Shown here: positions 26,871 through 36,385 of the stretch, one piece after another
Layout of the letters: every line of letters begins with the position of its first letter
Numbering within the stretch: position 1 is the stretch's first letter
Assembly (NCBI GenBank): GCA_964549615.1
Contig: CAZJVP010000020.1
Coordinates: 192,001-256,000, forward strand
DNA from: an uncultured Thermococci archaeon
Lineage (GTDB): Archaea > CAYQAE01 > CAYVLA01
Length of the DNA: 64,000 nucleotides
Direction: 5' to 3'
Notes under the pieces: generated by a model
Told to the model about the DNA's origin: nothing
Databases searched by the model: none
What the model saw: only the letters and a program-made list of their open reading frames with translations
Position numbers and translations under genes: made by a program

Positions 26871-28076
26871 ATGTGGGTGAGCGGGTTGGGAAAGGTGCGA
26901 TCTACGACCCGGATGGCCTTGCTTTTGGCGGGGATTGGCTTGGCCTTCCTACTGGGTTTCGTCCTGGTGCCACGAGGCAAGGAGGCCCAGAGTCTTTCCG
27001 GGCAACAAGGGCTTGGCCTTGAACTGCGTGCCCGGATCGTGAGCAACATCTCGGATCCGTTCGGACCAGTGGTTGTGGAGCTGGTCTGCAAGAACGTTCG
27101 AGAATCAGAGAGCGTCGCGATCAGCCCTTTCCCGGAGTGGGGTTTCAACCCGATCTTCCTCGTGAGGGACCCCAAGGGCCAACTGTTCTGCTCGGTGAAC
27201 GATCGATATGGGCCGCCACCGACCCGCAGCGTGGTCTTGGGGCCGGGCCAGAACTTCTCCAAGCTCTTCAACCTGTCCGACCCGCCGTACCCCGGGCGAT
27301 GGGATGGGATCTCCAGCTTCGATATGTTCAGCCAAGCTGGCGAGTATCAGCTGACCGTGGTGTACCGGCCGTTTTACCACCTGTTCTTCATCAACAGAAC
27401 GATGGCCGATCTCACGATCAATACGAGTCTGACCTTCAATAGGCCCCGAAGGCTTAGGATCCTGCACCTTGGAACGTGCAACCTTTCGTTCCTCAGGCGG
27501 GATCTCGGCTCGGCCTTTCTAACCGAGGGCGGGCCAGGACCCTACCCGGCGATCGATGAGGCGATCCAGGCGTACGATCTCTTGATCTTGGACAACGTTC
27601 CTCCGGAGTGGGTGGGCGACTCCCAGGCACTCGGAAAGGCTGTGATGGAGCGCGGCCTAGATCTCGTTATCTTCGGTGGCCCTCTCTCCCTCGGCGGGAA
27701 CGGCAGTTACTCATCATGGAGCGAAAGCGGGCTTGGCGATCTTCTGCCGGTCGAATGCACGGGCTTCTATATGGAGATTCCTTCGGGGGCCCGACCCCTA
27801 CCCGTCCTGGGCGGGCAGCGAGACACGATATTCAGGGACCTTGACACGTCGAATCTGAATACAATACGCCACCTGAGCCCGTATGTCCCACGGCCGGGCG
27901 CGACGGTCTGGTCCGTCATCCAATGGGACGGACGAGCACCGGAGTACTTTCTGTGCTCTTGGCCAATTGGCAAGAGCCAAGTTATGGTGTGCGCCGCCCC
28001 TCTTGAGGAGATCCTCGCCTGGGCGAACGGCAGGCAACTGGTCGCTAGGATCGTTGAAGCAACGATACCGGATTGA
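26871..28076 (+). CDS. Membrane-anchored protein with an Ig-like region and a GATase-like (DUF1355) domain
   Basis: GAGGAGG before ATG 26871, N-terminal TM helix, RLRILHLG, YDLLILDNV, LVIFGGP.SLGG...SW.ES.L.DLLPV, W.IGK..V. Paralogous to 639..1859. Confidence 0.7.
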   Translation: MWVSGLGKVRSTTRMALLLAGIGLAFLLGFVLVPRGKEAQSLSGQQGLGLELRARIVSNISDPFGPVVVELVCKNVRESESVAISPFPEWGFNPIFLVRDPKGQLFCSVNDRYGPPPTRSVVLGPGQNFSKLFNLSDPPYPGRWDGISSFDMFSQAGEYQLTVVYRPFYHLFFINRTMADLTINTSLTFNRPRRLRILHLGTCNLSFLRRDLGSAFLTEGGPGPYPAIDEAIQAYDLLILDNVPPEWVGDSQALGKAVMERGLDLVIFGGPLSLGGNGSYSSWSESGLGDLLPVECTGFYMEIPSGARPLPVLGGQRDTIFRDLDTSNLNTIRHLSPYVPRPGATVWSVIQWDGRAPEYFLCSWPIGKSQVMVCAAPLEEILAWANGRQLVARIVEATIPD

Positions 28077-28334
28077 GGATCGCGATCATGAGGGTACGCC
28101 GGCCGAACTCATGCCCACACATAGGTGATCAACGGTTCCTAAACACACCGCATGCGTCGGGAGCTTTGAGGACGTCAACCCATATACTTGTCCGGCGATC
28201 GAAAACGAGGCTGCCAATGGGGCGAGGGAAAAACTCCTCAGCCAGGTCCGACGACGAATATCCCCGGTGCCATCCTCCCGACGTGCCCTGGAAGGACCCT
28301 TTCCTTTATTAGAGGGCCCTCTCGCCCCCAGCCT

Positions 28335-29243
28335 ATGCCTGTCAAATTTGCAAATCCCTTCACAGATGCAAAGGGCGGCTGGTTCAAGGGAAATCTGCAC
28401 AGCCACACGACGGAGTCCGACGGCAAGCTGACAAAGCACGATGTCGTCGAGTTCTATCGCTCAAACGGCTACCATTTCCTCTGCCTCACGGACCACGAGA
28501 AGATCTCGGACCCCGCGGGCCTTTCGAGCGACGGATTCCTCGTATTCACCGGCGTCGAGACCTCCCCCCAGCAATCCAGGCACCACATCGTCGGGATCGG
28601 GCTCCACGATCTTGGCCCCTTCCCCAAACAGGAAACGGCCCAAGCCACGGTGGACAAGCTCAGGTCGATGGGGGGCCTGGTCTTCATCGCCCATCCCTAC
28701 TGGTCGGCCCTCACCGACAGCGACGTCAGGGGACTGAGGGACATCATAGGGGTAGAGCTCTACAACACGGGATGCGAGGTGGAGATAGGCAGGGGATTCT
28801 CCACCGTCCACTGGGACAACCTTCTCGCCTCCGGCATGCCCTTGACCGGTCTGGCCGTGGACGATGCGCACAGATACACCGACGATGCGCCGGGCGGATG
28901 GGTCTGCGTGAGAGCGCCACGGTTGTCCGAGAAGTCCATACTGAGCTCGTTAGCGAAAGGCTACTTCTACGCCTCGACCGGCCCCGAGATCAGGGACATC
29001 CGCATCGAGGAGGATCTGATTAGGGTCGAGACCAGCCCTGTGGAGACGATCACCTTTCACACCTGCGGACCAAGGGGCAATAGCGTCCACCGCATCGGCG
29101 AGGGAATGCTTCACCACGCGGCGTTCCAAATCAAGCCAGAGCACTTCTACGTCAGGATCGAGTGCGTCGATGGCGGGGGACGGAGAGCATGGTCCAACCC
29201 GATCTACACCGATCAATTCAACTGCCTCGGTCCCCAAACCTAA
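28335..29243 (+). CDS. PHP-domain metallohydrolase (CehA/McbA-like)
   Basis: WFKGNLHSHTTESDG, LTDH, G.E, HI, IAHPYWS, G.E.YN, DDAH, G.FYASTGP, AWSNPI. Confidence 0.9.
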   Translation: MPVKFANPFTDAKGGWFKGNLHSHTTESDGKLTKHDVVEFYRSNGYHFLCLTDHEKISDPAGLSSDGFLVFTGVETSPQQSRHHIVGIGLHDLGPFPKQETAQATVDKLRSMGGLVFIAHPYWSALTDSDVRGLRDIIGVELYNTGCEVEIGRGFSTVHWDNLLASGMPLTGLAVDDAHRYTDDAPGGWVCVRAPRLSEKSILSSLAKGYFYASTGPEIRDIRIEEDLIRVETSPVETITFHTCGPRGNSVHRIGEGMLHHAAFQIKPEHFYVRIECVDGGGRRAWSNPIYTDQFNCLGPQT

Positions 29244-29278
29244 CGATTCCCCCAGCGGACTCAAGCGGCGGGGCCCGG

Positions 29279-29575
29279 CTATCCGGATCGGACCTCATCC
29301 GATGTGCGGGCCTGGGAGCCAACCTGCGAAGGGCGTTGGAGCGGTTTGACGCCTCTGGCCCGCTTGTCGATGGCCAGGAGCCCGCCCATCCCAAAGATCA
29401 TGATCGCGATGGCCGCTGCGGTGGCGTTCTCGCCGAAGAGAACTCCCAGGCACAAGGCGATCATGGTCGTTATCATGCAGAAGTTCCTCTGGGCCTTCCC
29501 GACGTTGAGCACTCTCAGAAGGATGTAGACGAACCCAGCTCCTGCGACGATGACGACCGCTGCAACGCCGATCAT
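29279..29575 (-). CDS. Small three-TM membrane protein
   Basis: Three hydrophobic segments from ATG 29575; start uncertain. Confidence 0.55.
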   Translation of the reverse strand: MIGVAAVVIVAGAGFVYILLRVLNVGKAQRNFCMITTMIALCLGVLFGENATAAAIAIMIFGMGGLLAIDKRARGVKPLQRPSQVGSQARTSDEVRSG

Positions 29576-29697
29576 TCGCTCACCACATCGCACAAGCCCC
29601 TGATAAGTCTCACGGGCAAAGGGTGGCCGAGCCCAAGGCTTCGCCGGGATTCTCCGGCCCTTTAACCCCGAGGTCTGAATCCGAACGGGCCCCATGG

Positions 29698-32600
29698 TTA
29701 CGCCAAATCCAGCATGATCGCGTCAACGTAGTAGAACCGGTTCTGCACCGGAAGCAGCTCACCGGCCTGTATGATATGGGTCCGAGCCTCCAGGATTAGT
29801 CCCTTCAGCCTGAAGGGATACGCCGGCGTCTCCGATCCGTCGTGTACCCACGGATGGAAACCCATCCTCTCGACCTGCGTCCCGCGCGGGGCGTGTGGGA
29901 GGGGAACTACAACGTACCGCCAGCCGTCGAAATCGATATAGCTGTCCGCGCGAACCGAGACCCACCGGGCGCCGGAGGCGTCCTCGAGACGGAACAGGAT
30001 CCTTCCCCAGGAGCTGTTTCCGCGTATCAGGGTTCCTAGGCCGGTGGCCGACTCAGGCACTAGGATCTCGGATCCCGTCCAGAGCAGTTGGGTGTAGGCG
30101 ATTTCCAGGGGATGGTGGGGCGAATCCTTGGGCACGCCAACCCGTAGGACCGCCCGTCCCCGCTTGGGCCAGCGGGTCGCAGAGAGACTTAGATCGACTC
30201 TGCGGTAGGGGACCGAGAGGGAAAGGCTCTCGAGCTCCTCCGCCGGCCGAGAGTCGACTTTCCAGCTGCGCAGGCTTTCGAAGCTCGCCAAGGTCCTTCG
30301 TCTTGATCTTCCCCCCTCGTGCCTCGGACAGCCCAAGGCAACGCTCACCACCCGTTCCACGCCCTCGAGATACACGGGGGAACTCGTCAGCTCGAGGCGG
30401 ATCCGCGAGCCCCTGAGCCGCGGCTTCCGTCGGTTGCCGAACATGTCTGTGACGGACGGGCTAGTTATGCCCTCGCACCGGACCGCCATTGGCCGTCGGC
30501 CCCGAATCGTCCAGAAGGCGTGAACGGGGCCGCCCGTCTTTCTCCTAAACCGCAAGGCATAGACGCTGCCTGACCGGGTTTGGATCGACCCGTCAAAGCT
30601 TGCCTGGTCGAGGGCCCTGGTCATGGTGGAGTACGCGCAGAAGCTCTCCCGTGGATTCAGCTCAGGCGGCCTGTGAAGAAGGCCGATTGGGCCGTAGTGG
30701 CTGTAGAAGTAGTCGTCCCCCGGGTCATAGAGTGAGGTGCACATGCCAAAGAAGACCACGCCTGACGCAAGGCCCAGTAGATGGGCGCGTACGTAGTAGT
30801 CGGCTTGCTCCCGCTCGGTAAGCCAGCCTGGTGCAACTGGCGCGTAGATCGCCTCGGTTAGGTAGAGGGGGAACTCCGCGTAGCCGTAGATCCGCTGCAG
30901 TGCCTTGAGCACGTAGATGCCCGAGAAAGGCGCATACAGGGGGCCAACCTGGCGTTCGGGCATCGATGTGAAGAGGTCGAAGTCCAGGCCGAAGGCGTCC
31001 AGGTACTCCTTCGGATAACCCCGTCTCATCATCGCCCCGATGAAGGGCGGGAACCCGTTACCGAAGATCAACTTGGCGCCGGGGAAATCCCTTCTGACGA
31101 GCTTGCTGTAGCCTATCCCGGAGCTCCAGCAGTTGTCCAGGCGTCTTTTCTCCTCCTCGTTGAGATCGAGGGGACTTCTTCCCAGCACCTCAGGGGGGAA
31201 TGACTGTCTGTGCCTGGCGCTCAAGTAGGTCTCCCAGAAGACCATCCAGGCATCCATCCGCGGCATCTCCCGCATCTTCGCGAGCATCTTTTCGGGATCC
31301 CCCGGCGTCTCGCAACAGGTGTTGGCGATGCAGCAGACGTTTCCGCAGTTGAGGCCGATCTTGTTGGCCTCAAGCACGGCGAGCCTCCTGGCGTTTTCCT
31401 CCGGGCCCTGGGATAGAAGGAAAACTGGTAACGTCCAGCGGACGCCCGCCATCCGCAGAAGCGGGGCGGCGGACTCGGGCGGCAGCCCGTTATGAACCTC
31501 GAAGAAACACCACATCCCGAAGGGCGAATCCCTGGTCGCTTTCCTCGTGTCCTTCGGCAGACAGGCGAACGACGTCCTGTGCTCCACCCACCTATCCTGG
31601 CCAGGACACCCAAGGCGAATGAGAAGTTCGAACTTGCCAAATACGGCCTGGGCTAGGTCCTTCACCAAAGCCACGTGCTGCAACGGCGCCAGCGCGAGAT
31701 CCTCGACGGTTTTGCGGACCCTGCCATAGGGATCCACAATCTGCAGCCCAAGCACTAGTCGTTGCCGCTTCTTGCGCTGGCTCTGGATATCGATCGTGAG
31801 CCTCGGCGCCTGCGGCTCTTCGAACACCGGCGCGATGCCGTCCCATCTCAGGGCCATCCTTGCAGGCGCGAGCTCCAAGGTCGCAGCGAAGATGTGGACT
31901 GAGCTTGGAGGCCCCGCCGGCCTGGGGAAGCTCTCGTCGTCGACGGCCACCTTCTTGGTCAGATCGATCTCCAAGTACTCCGTCCCGTCGTTGAGGAACT
32001 CGAAAAACTCTCCAGGGTTGAGGGGAACGCTTACCAGCCACAGCCTTCCCCATCTGCCGGATCCACGACCATGCTCAACCATCTTGCCCACGCGAAGTCC
32101 CCTCGCAGGGCTCCTAGCTTCGTCCCATCTGGGTGCGCGGAACTCCCATGTGCTTGCGTGGCCCCGACCGGTCTTGATCATGCGAACGGATCCCAGCGGA
32201 AGGTCGCCCTCGGTTGTGTCAGAAGCGCATATGAGATGAAGGCGGTCGTAGTGGGCGTTGGGAACCCGAAGGATTACGCGGCAGGGGTCAACCGACATCG
32301 CATCACAGTATACGTAGGGGAGCCTTCCACGGTAGGCGGTCCGCCCAAGGTCGATGTTGTCCGTGGAGCCATATCCCCACTCCGCATGGAACGGGATGCC
32401 CCGGCAGCGGATGATCCCACGAGCATGCAGACGGCCTGGCGGGAATGCGAATCCGTCCCCCAAGTCGCCAGGATGGATGGCCTTGGAATTTCCGTACGGG
32501 GTTATGTCCAGGGGAAGGAACCTCGACGCCGGCAGCGCGACCACCCGGGGGGATCTAAAGACCACGCCCCTGCTGAGGCCCAGGCAAAGGCTGGCTTTGC

Positions 32601-33096
32601 CTGCCTGCCTCTTGGCCTGCGCCACGAAACGACCCTGAATCCAAGCACCGATCCGGTCGGGCAGCACGTCCAGGGCGATCCTGATCCAGGTTGATGGCCA
32701 GCCGGGCGAAGTTTCGAACTCCTTCCGGTACTTCTCTCGTTCGGCGTCGGTTTGGGACCATGCGCCCACGTCAGGGCGGAATCGGAAGCTCAACGGCGTT
32801 TGCTGCCCGTTCGCTTCAGCAACGACGTCCAGCACTGCCTCGTCCCCGGGATTGCCCGAGATCCGCAGCCCACATCCGCAACAGATTAGTTCTGCAACCT
32901 GTCCCGGGTTTGCCAACCTGACTTCGACGATCGCGCGAAAAACGGACGGCCCATCCACTGGCACATCAAGGCGCAGATCCTCATCAACGTGCAAGGCGGA
33001 CTCGCTCGATGCCGCATCCCCCAGCCTGGTTACCTTCCCCGATCTGAGCCGCATCCCTTCCTGCAGATCCCGGAAAGGCTCCGTGGGGCTGATCAC
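29698..33096 (-). CDS. Large hypothetical multidomain protein with a probable glycoside-hydrolase-like TIM barrel and a C-terminal carbohydrate-binding-like module
   Basis: SPFGMW, L..AGVRW, FWE, LYLTE, EQADYYVR..L, GLL....NP..S..AY..M, L.LT.SPVYL, I.G..SWGR, IDFDGWRY. Confidence 0.65.
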   Translation of the reverse strand: MISPTEPFRDLQEGMRLRSGKVTRLGDAASSESALHVDEDLRLDVPVDGPSVFRAIVEVRLANPGQVAELICCGCGLRISGNPGDEAVLDVVAEANGQQTPLSFRFRPDVGAWSQTDAEREKYRKEFETSPGWPSTWIRIALDVLPDRIGAWIQGRFVAQAKRQAGKASLCLGLSRGVVFRSPRVVALPASRFLPLDITPYGNSKAIHPGDLGDGFAFPPGRLHARGIIRCRGIPFHAEWGYGSTDNIDLGRTAYRGRLPYVYCDAMSVDPCRVILRVPNAHYDRLHLICASDTTEGDLPLGSVRMIKTGRGHASTWEFRAPRWDEARSPARGLRVGKMVEHGRGSGRWGRLWLVSVPLNPGEFFEFLNDGTEYLEIDLTKKVAVDDESFPRPAGPPSSVHIFAATLELAPARMALRWDGIAPVFEEPQAPRLTIDIQSQRKKRQRLVLGLQIVDPYGRVRKTVEDLALAPLQHVALVKDLAQAVFGKFELLIRLGCPGQDRWVEHRTSFACLPKDTRKATRDSPFGMWCFFEVHNGLPPESAAPLLRMAGVRWTLPVFLLSQGPEENARRLAVLEANKIGLNCGNVCCIANTCCETPGDPEKMLAKMREMPRMDAWMVFWETYLSARHRQSFPPEVLGRSPLDLNEEEKRRLDNCWSSGIGYSKLVRRDFPGAKLIFGNGFPPFIGAMMRRGYPKEYLDAFGLDFDLFTSMPERQVGPLYAPFSGIYVLKALQRIYGYAEFPLYLTEAIYAPVAPGWLTEREQADYYVRAHLLGLASGVVFFGMCTSLYDPGDDYFYSHYGPIGLLHRPPELNPRESFCAYSTMTRALDQASFDGSIQTRSGSVYALRFRRKTGGPVHAFWTIRGRRPMAVRCEGITSPSVTDMFGNRRKPRLRGSRIRLELTSSPVYLEGVERVVSVALGCPRHEGGRSRRRTLASFESLRSWKVDSRPAEELESLSLSVPYRRVDLSLSATRWPKRGRAVLRVGVPKDSPHHPLEIAYTQLLWTGSEILVPESATGLGTLIRGNSSWGRILFRLEDASGARWVSVRADSYIDFDGWRYVVVPLPHAPRGTQVERMGFHPWVHDGSETPAYPFRLKGLILEARTHIIQAGELLPVQNRFYYVDAIMLDLA

Positions 33097-33232
33097 CGGC
33101 CGAATCGCATCAGCACGAGTATCGACTTCGGCGCCAACGGCCGGGCGAGTTTCTAGCTCTTTGTCAGGGCCAACGGAATCCGGCCGCGCCCAGCTGGAGA
33201 TGGATCTCTTCGACAGACCTGAGCCCCCTTCT

Positions 33233-34216
33233 TCAAATCACGGGGCCGGCACCGGTTGGTTTCGCCGACGACCCCTCACGGCGGCGGACCGCCTTCCCTG
33301 CCTCAAGACGTTCTATCGTTACCTTTGCCTCCTTCTCCGCCTGCCTCCGTGTGCTGGGATCGCAGAGCAGGGAGTACAGCTCGGGCCTTCTGCTCGCCCT
33401 CACGGCAAGAGACCTCTCGCACAGCCGACCGAAATGGAAGTTGGAGACCCTCTTCCGATCCAGATCGATGTCCCGGGTGAGGACCTCGACGTAGCGCGAT
33501 GCCTCCGCCAATATCATGCCGTCCGGCCCTATGATCCCGCTCCTGCCGATCATCATGCCGGGCATCCATGCCTCCTCATCCCCGACGCCGTAGCAGGCTG
33601 AGACGAGGTATGTCCCGGTGTCCACGGCCCTCGACCTGTACCGGATCTCCCAGTCCACCTCCCCCCAGCTTGACTGCACGTGGGGAAAGAAGATGATCTC
33701 GGCTCCCCGGAGCATCAGGCACAATGCCACCTCAGGGTACTCTATGTCCATGCATATCATGACGCCGACCTTGCCGAAATCCAGCTCGAAGACGGAGAGG
33801 TCTTCTCCTTGGACGATCCCTGCATCGGCCTCGGGAGCTGGAAGGTGGGTCTTGAAGTACGTGCCCACCCTCCTGCCCTCCCTGTCGATTATGAGGGCCA
33901 AGTTCCTCAGCTTGCCGTCTACCCGGCCGATCAGGGGGGCGATGATGTTCATGGAGTGCTTCCTTGCGATCCTACAGATCTCCTCTTCGAACGGCCCCGG
34001 AATGGGATCGGCGTACCTTGATAGGCCCTCCCTGTCAAAGGGCAGTCCAAGGACGTTGGCACTCTCGCCGTAGACTGCGACGTCGGAATGCCTCCTCCCG
34101 GCTATTTCGAGGTGTCGCACTATCGATCGCAGGTTCTCCTGCTTCTTCTCTTCCGGGGTCTTGCCCGAGGGCCTCGCCGGCAGCTGGATCGTGCTGATTC
34201 TGACAGGCCTGGGCAC
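33233..34216 (-). CDS. Carbon-nitrogen hydrolase (nitrilase superfamily)
   Basis: D...YGE, Y.KTHL, GKVGVMICMDIEYPE, GAEIIFFP, RSRA.D, GRSGIIGPDG. Confidence 0.88.
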   Translation of the reverse strand: MPRPVRISTIQLPARPSGKTPEEKKQENLRSIVRHLEIAGRRHSDVAVYGESANVLGLPFDREGLSRYADPIPGPFEEEICRIARKHSMNIIAPLIGRVDGKLRNLALIIDREGRRVGTYFKTHLPAPEADAGIVQGEDLSVFELDFGKVGVMICMDIEYPEVALCLMLRGAEIIFFPHVQSSWGEVDWEIRYRSRAVDTGTYLVSACYGVGDEEAWMPGMMIGRSGIIGPDGMILAEASRYVEVLTRDIDLDRKRVSNFHFGRLCERSLAVRASRRPELYSLLCDPSTRRQAEKEAKVTIERLEAGKAVRRREGSSAKPTGAGPVI

Positions 34217-34224
34217 GTAGCTCC

Positions 34225-35250
34225 CTACTCCTGCGGATGCACGACGGCCCTTATGACCTCGTTGGGCCTCTCTATGGCCAGCTTGATGGCCGTCTCAACG
34301 CCGGCCAGGGGATACCTCTGGGTTATGAGCGACTTCATGTCAACCAAGCCTCGGCTCATCAGCTTCAGGGAGGTCGGATAGTCGCGGCAGAACCCGAGTA
34401 TGCCGAGCAGGTCCATCTCCGACAGCGTGATCTTGGAAAGGTTTATTTCGTCCAGATCCCTGCCCGTGAAGCCTATCGGCATGAGCGTTGCCCCGCTTGA
34501 GGCAACCTCAACCATCTGCTTGATGGTCTCCGGTCTTCCCACGGCTTCCAGCACGAAGGGCGCCATCTCGCCCTTGGTTATCCTCCTCACGGCTTCAACC
34601 GTGTCTTCCTTCTTGGCATCGACGACATGGTCTGCGCCTAGCTTCTTGGCAAGGGCCAGCTTGCTGTCGACCAAGTCGGCTATCAGCACCTCGGCCCCCG
34701 ATGCCTTTGCGACCTGGAGGCACATCAGGCCTATTGCGCCGGCACCGAGTATCACCACGAAGTCGCCGACTCCGATCCCGCATCTTCTGATCGCATGGAC
34801 TCCGACCGAGAGGGGCTCGGTCAAGGCGGCCTCGTCGAACGAGACCCCGGGCGGCTTTGGATAGATGAAGCTGGCGTTCGCGAGGGCATACTGTGCAAAC
34901 GCCCCATCGACGTTGTGCCCGATCACCTTGACGTCGTTGCACACATTGTACCTTCCCGCCCTGCACCCCGGGCAGGACCCGCAGGCGTAGAAAAAGGTCT
35001 CGACCACGATCTGGTCCCCCGGATGCCACTTCGAGACCCCGGGCCCCACCTTCTCCACGGTGCCCGCGCACTCATGGCCCATGATGCGCGGGGGCTGGAT
35101 CATGGGGTGCTTGTTCAGATACCCCGAAACGTCCGACCGACAGACGGCCGTCGCCTCCACCTTCAGTAGGACCTGTCCGGCTTGCGGCTCCGGAACCGGT
35201 ACCTCCTTCAGCTCGAGCTTCTTGGGAGCAGTGAGGACCACCGCCCTCAT
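34225..35250 (-). CDS. Zinc-dependent alcohol/polyol dehydrogenase (MDR family)
   Basis: C.SD, GHE..G, structural Zn C..C..C.......C, EPL.VG.HA, GAGAIG. Confidence 0.93.
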   Translation of the reverse strand: MRAVVLTAPKKLELKEVPVPEPQAGQVLLKVEATAVCRSDVSGYLNKHPMIQPPRIMGHECAGTVEKVGPGVSKWHPGDQIVVETFFYACGSCPGCRAGRYNVCNDVKVIGHNVDGAFAQYALANASFIYPKPPGVSFDEAALTEPLSVGVHAIRRCGIGVGDFVVILGAGAIGLMCLQVAKASGAEVLIADLVDSKLALAKKLGADHVVDAKKEDTVEAVRRITKGEMAPFVLEAVGRPETIKQMVEVASSGATLMPIGFTGRDLDEINLSKITLSEMDLLGILGFCRDYPTSLKLMSRGLVDMKSLITQRYPLAGVETAIKLAIERPNEVIRAVVHPQE

Positions 35251-35404
35251 CTTGCCTTTCGTAGCCTACCCTCCGCAACCGCCTGCTACCGTTCGGCAGA
35301 AAAATCCATCGTCCTTTGGGATGATCCCGCGGAGCGCAACCGCTGGAGCTCGGATGGTCAAAGATATCAACTTCCTGCGGCAGGGTAGGAATGAGCGTGG
35401 ATGC

Positions 35405-36169
35405 GTGCTTCCCACCGTCAAGCTGGGCAAACATTCCGTGACAAGGCTGATAGTGGGGGGCAACCCGTTCAGCGGCAATTCGCACGTTAGCCGCGAACGG
35501 GACATAGAGATGAGGAACTACTACACCGTTGAGAAGATCAAGGAAACGCTCCGACAGTGCGAGAACGCGGGGATCAACGCCTGGCAGTCCCGGGGCGACA
35601 ACTTCATAACGCGCGTTCTGAACGAATATCGAATGGAGGGGGGAAGGCTGAAGTGGATAGCCCAGACGGCATCCGAGAGGCGAGACATCATCGCCAACAT
35701 CCACCAGATCGCTGAGTACGAGCCCATAGCGATCTACCACCACGGGACGCGGACGGATCAGCACTACAGGTCGGGCACCTTCGACGAGGTGGTCCGCTAT
35801 CTGGACGAGATCCGGAGCTTGGGGTTCGCGGTGGGGCTGGGCACCCACCTTCCAGAGGTCATCCTGCATTCGGAGGAAATGGGGCTGAACCCGGACTTCT
35901 ACATGTTCTCCTTCTACAACTTGACCGACCACGCAAGCCGCTATGACCCAGAGGACCGGACAAGGGCCTGCGAGGTCGTGAGGAAAGTCCGAAAGCCCTT
36001 CTTGGTCTTCAAGATAATGGCCGCCGGTCGAAACGACCCGGTCGAGGCCTTCGAATTCGCATTCCGCAACATCAAGCCGACGGACGCCGTCGTCGTGGGC
36101 ATGTACACCAAGCATCAGCCCGATCAGGTATACCAGAATGCGAGGATCGTTGCCTCGCTTGCCCAGTAG
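35405..36169 (+). CDS. Aldo/keto reductase-like TIM-barrel protein
   Basis: LPTVKLG...VTRLIVGGNPFSG.SH, YHHG, GLGTH.PE, FKIMAAGR..P..AF.FAF.NIKP.D.VVVGM. GTG 35405 is the likely start. Confidence 0.72.
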   Translation: MLPTVKLGKHSVTRLIVGGNPFSGNSHVSRERDIEMRNYYTVEKIKETLRQCENAGINAWQSRGDNFITRVLNEYRMEGGRLKWIAQTASERRDIIANIHQIAEYEPIAIYHHGTRTDQHYRSGTFDEVVRYLDEIRSLGFAVGLGTHLPEVILHSEEMGLNPDFYMFSFYNLTDHASRYDPEDRTRACEVVRKVRKPFLVFKIMAAGRNDPVEAFEFAFRNIKPTDAVVVGMYTKHQPDQVYQNARIVASLAQ

Positions 36170-36385
36170 GACGCACATCAAGTTGCGAAGTTCGGCCCGC
36201 AATCCGTGTAGGGCCATGTGAACGCAAGGCTTGGCCGCCCTTTCGATGCCCCTTGAAGGAAGAGCATCCCGGCGAAAAGCGCATGCTCCATCCCGTTCGA
36301 TGCGGCAGCCCTTGGGCGATCGAAACCGGCCGACGATGAGATTGGAAATATTGATAATAAGCGCCGCTGCCGGGTCCCGATCCAT

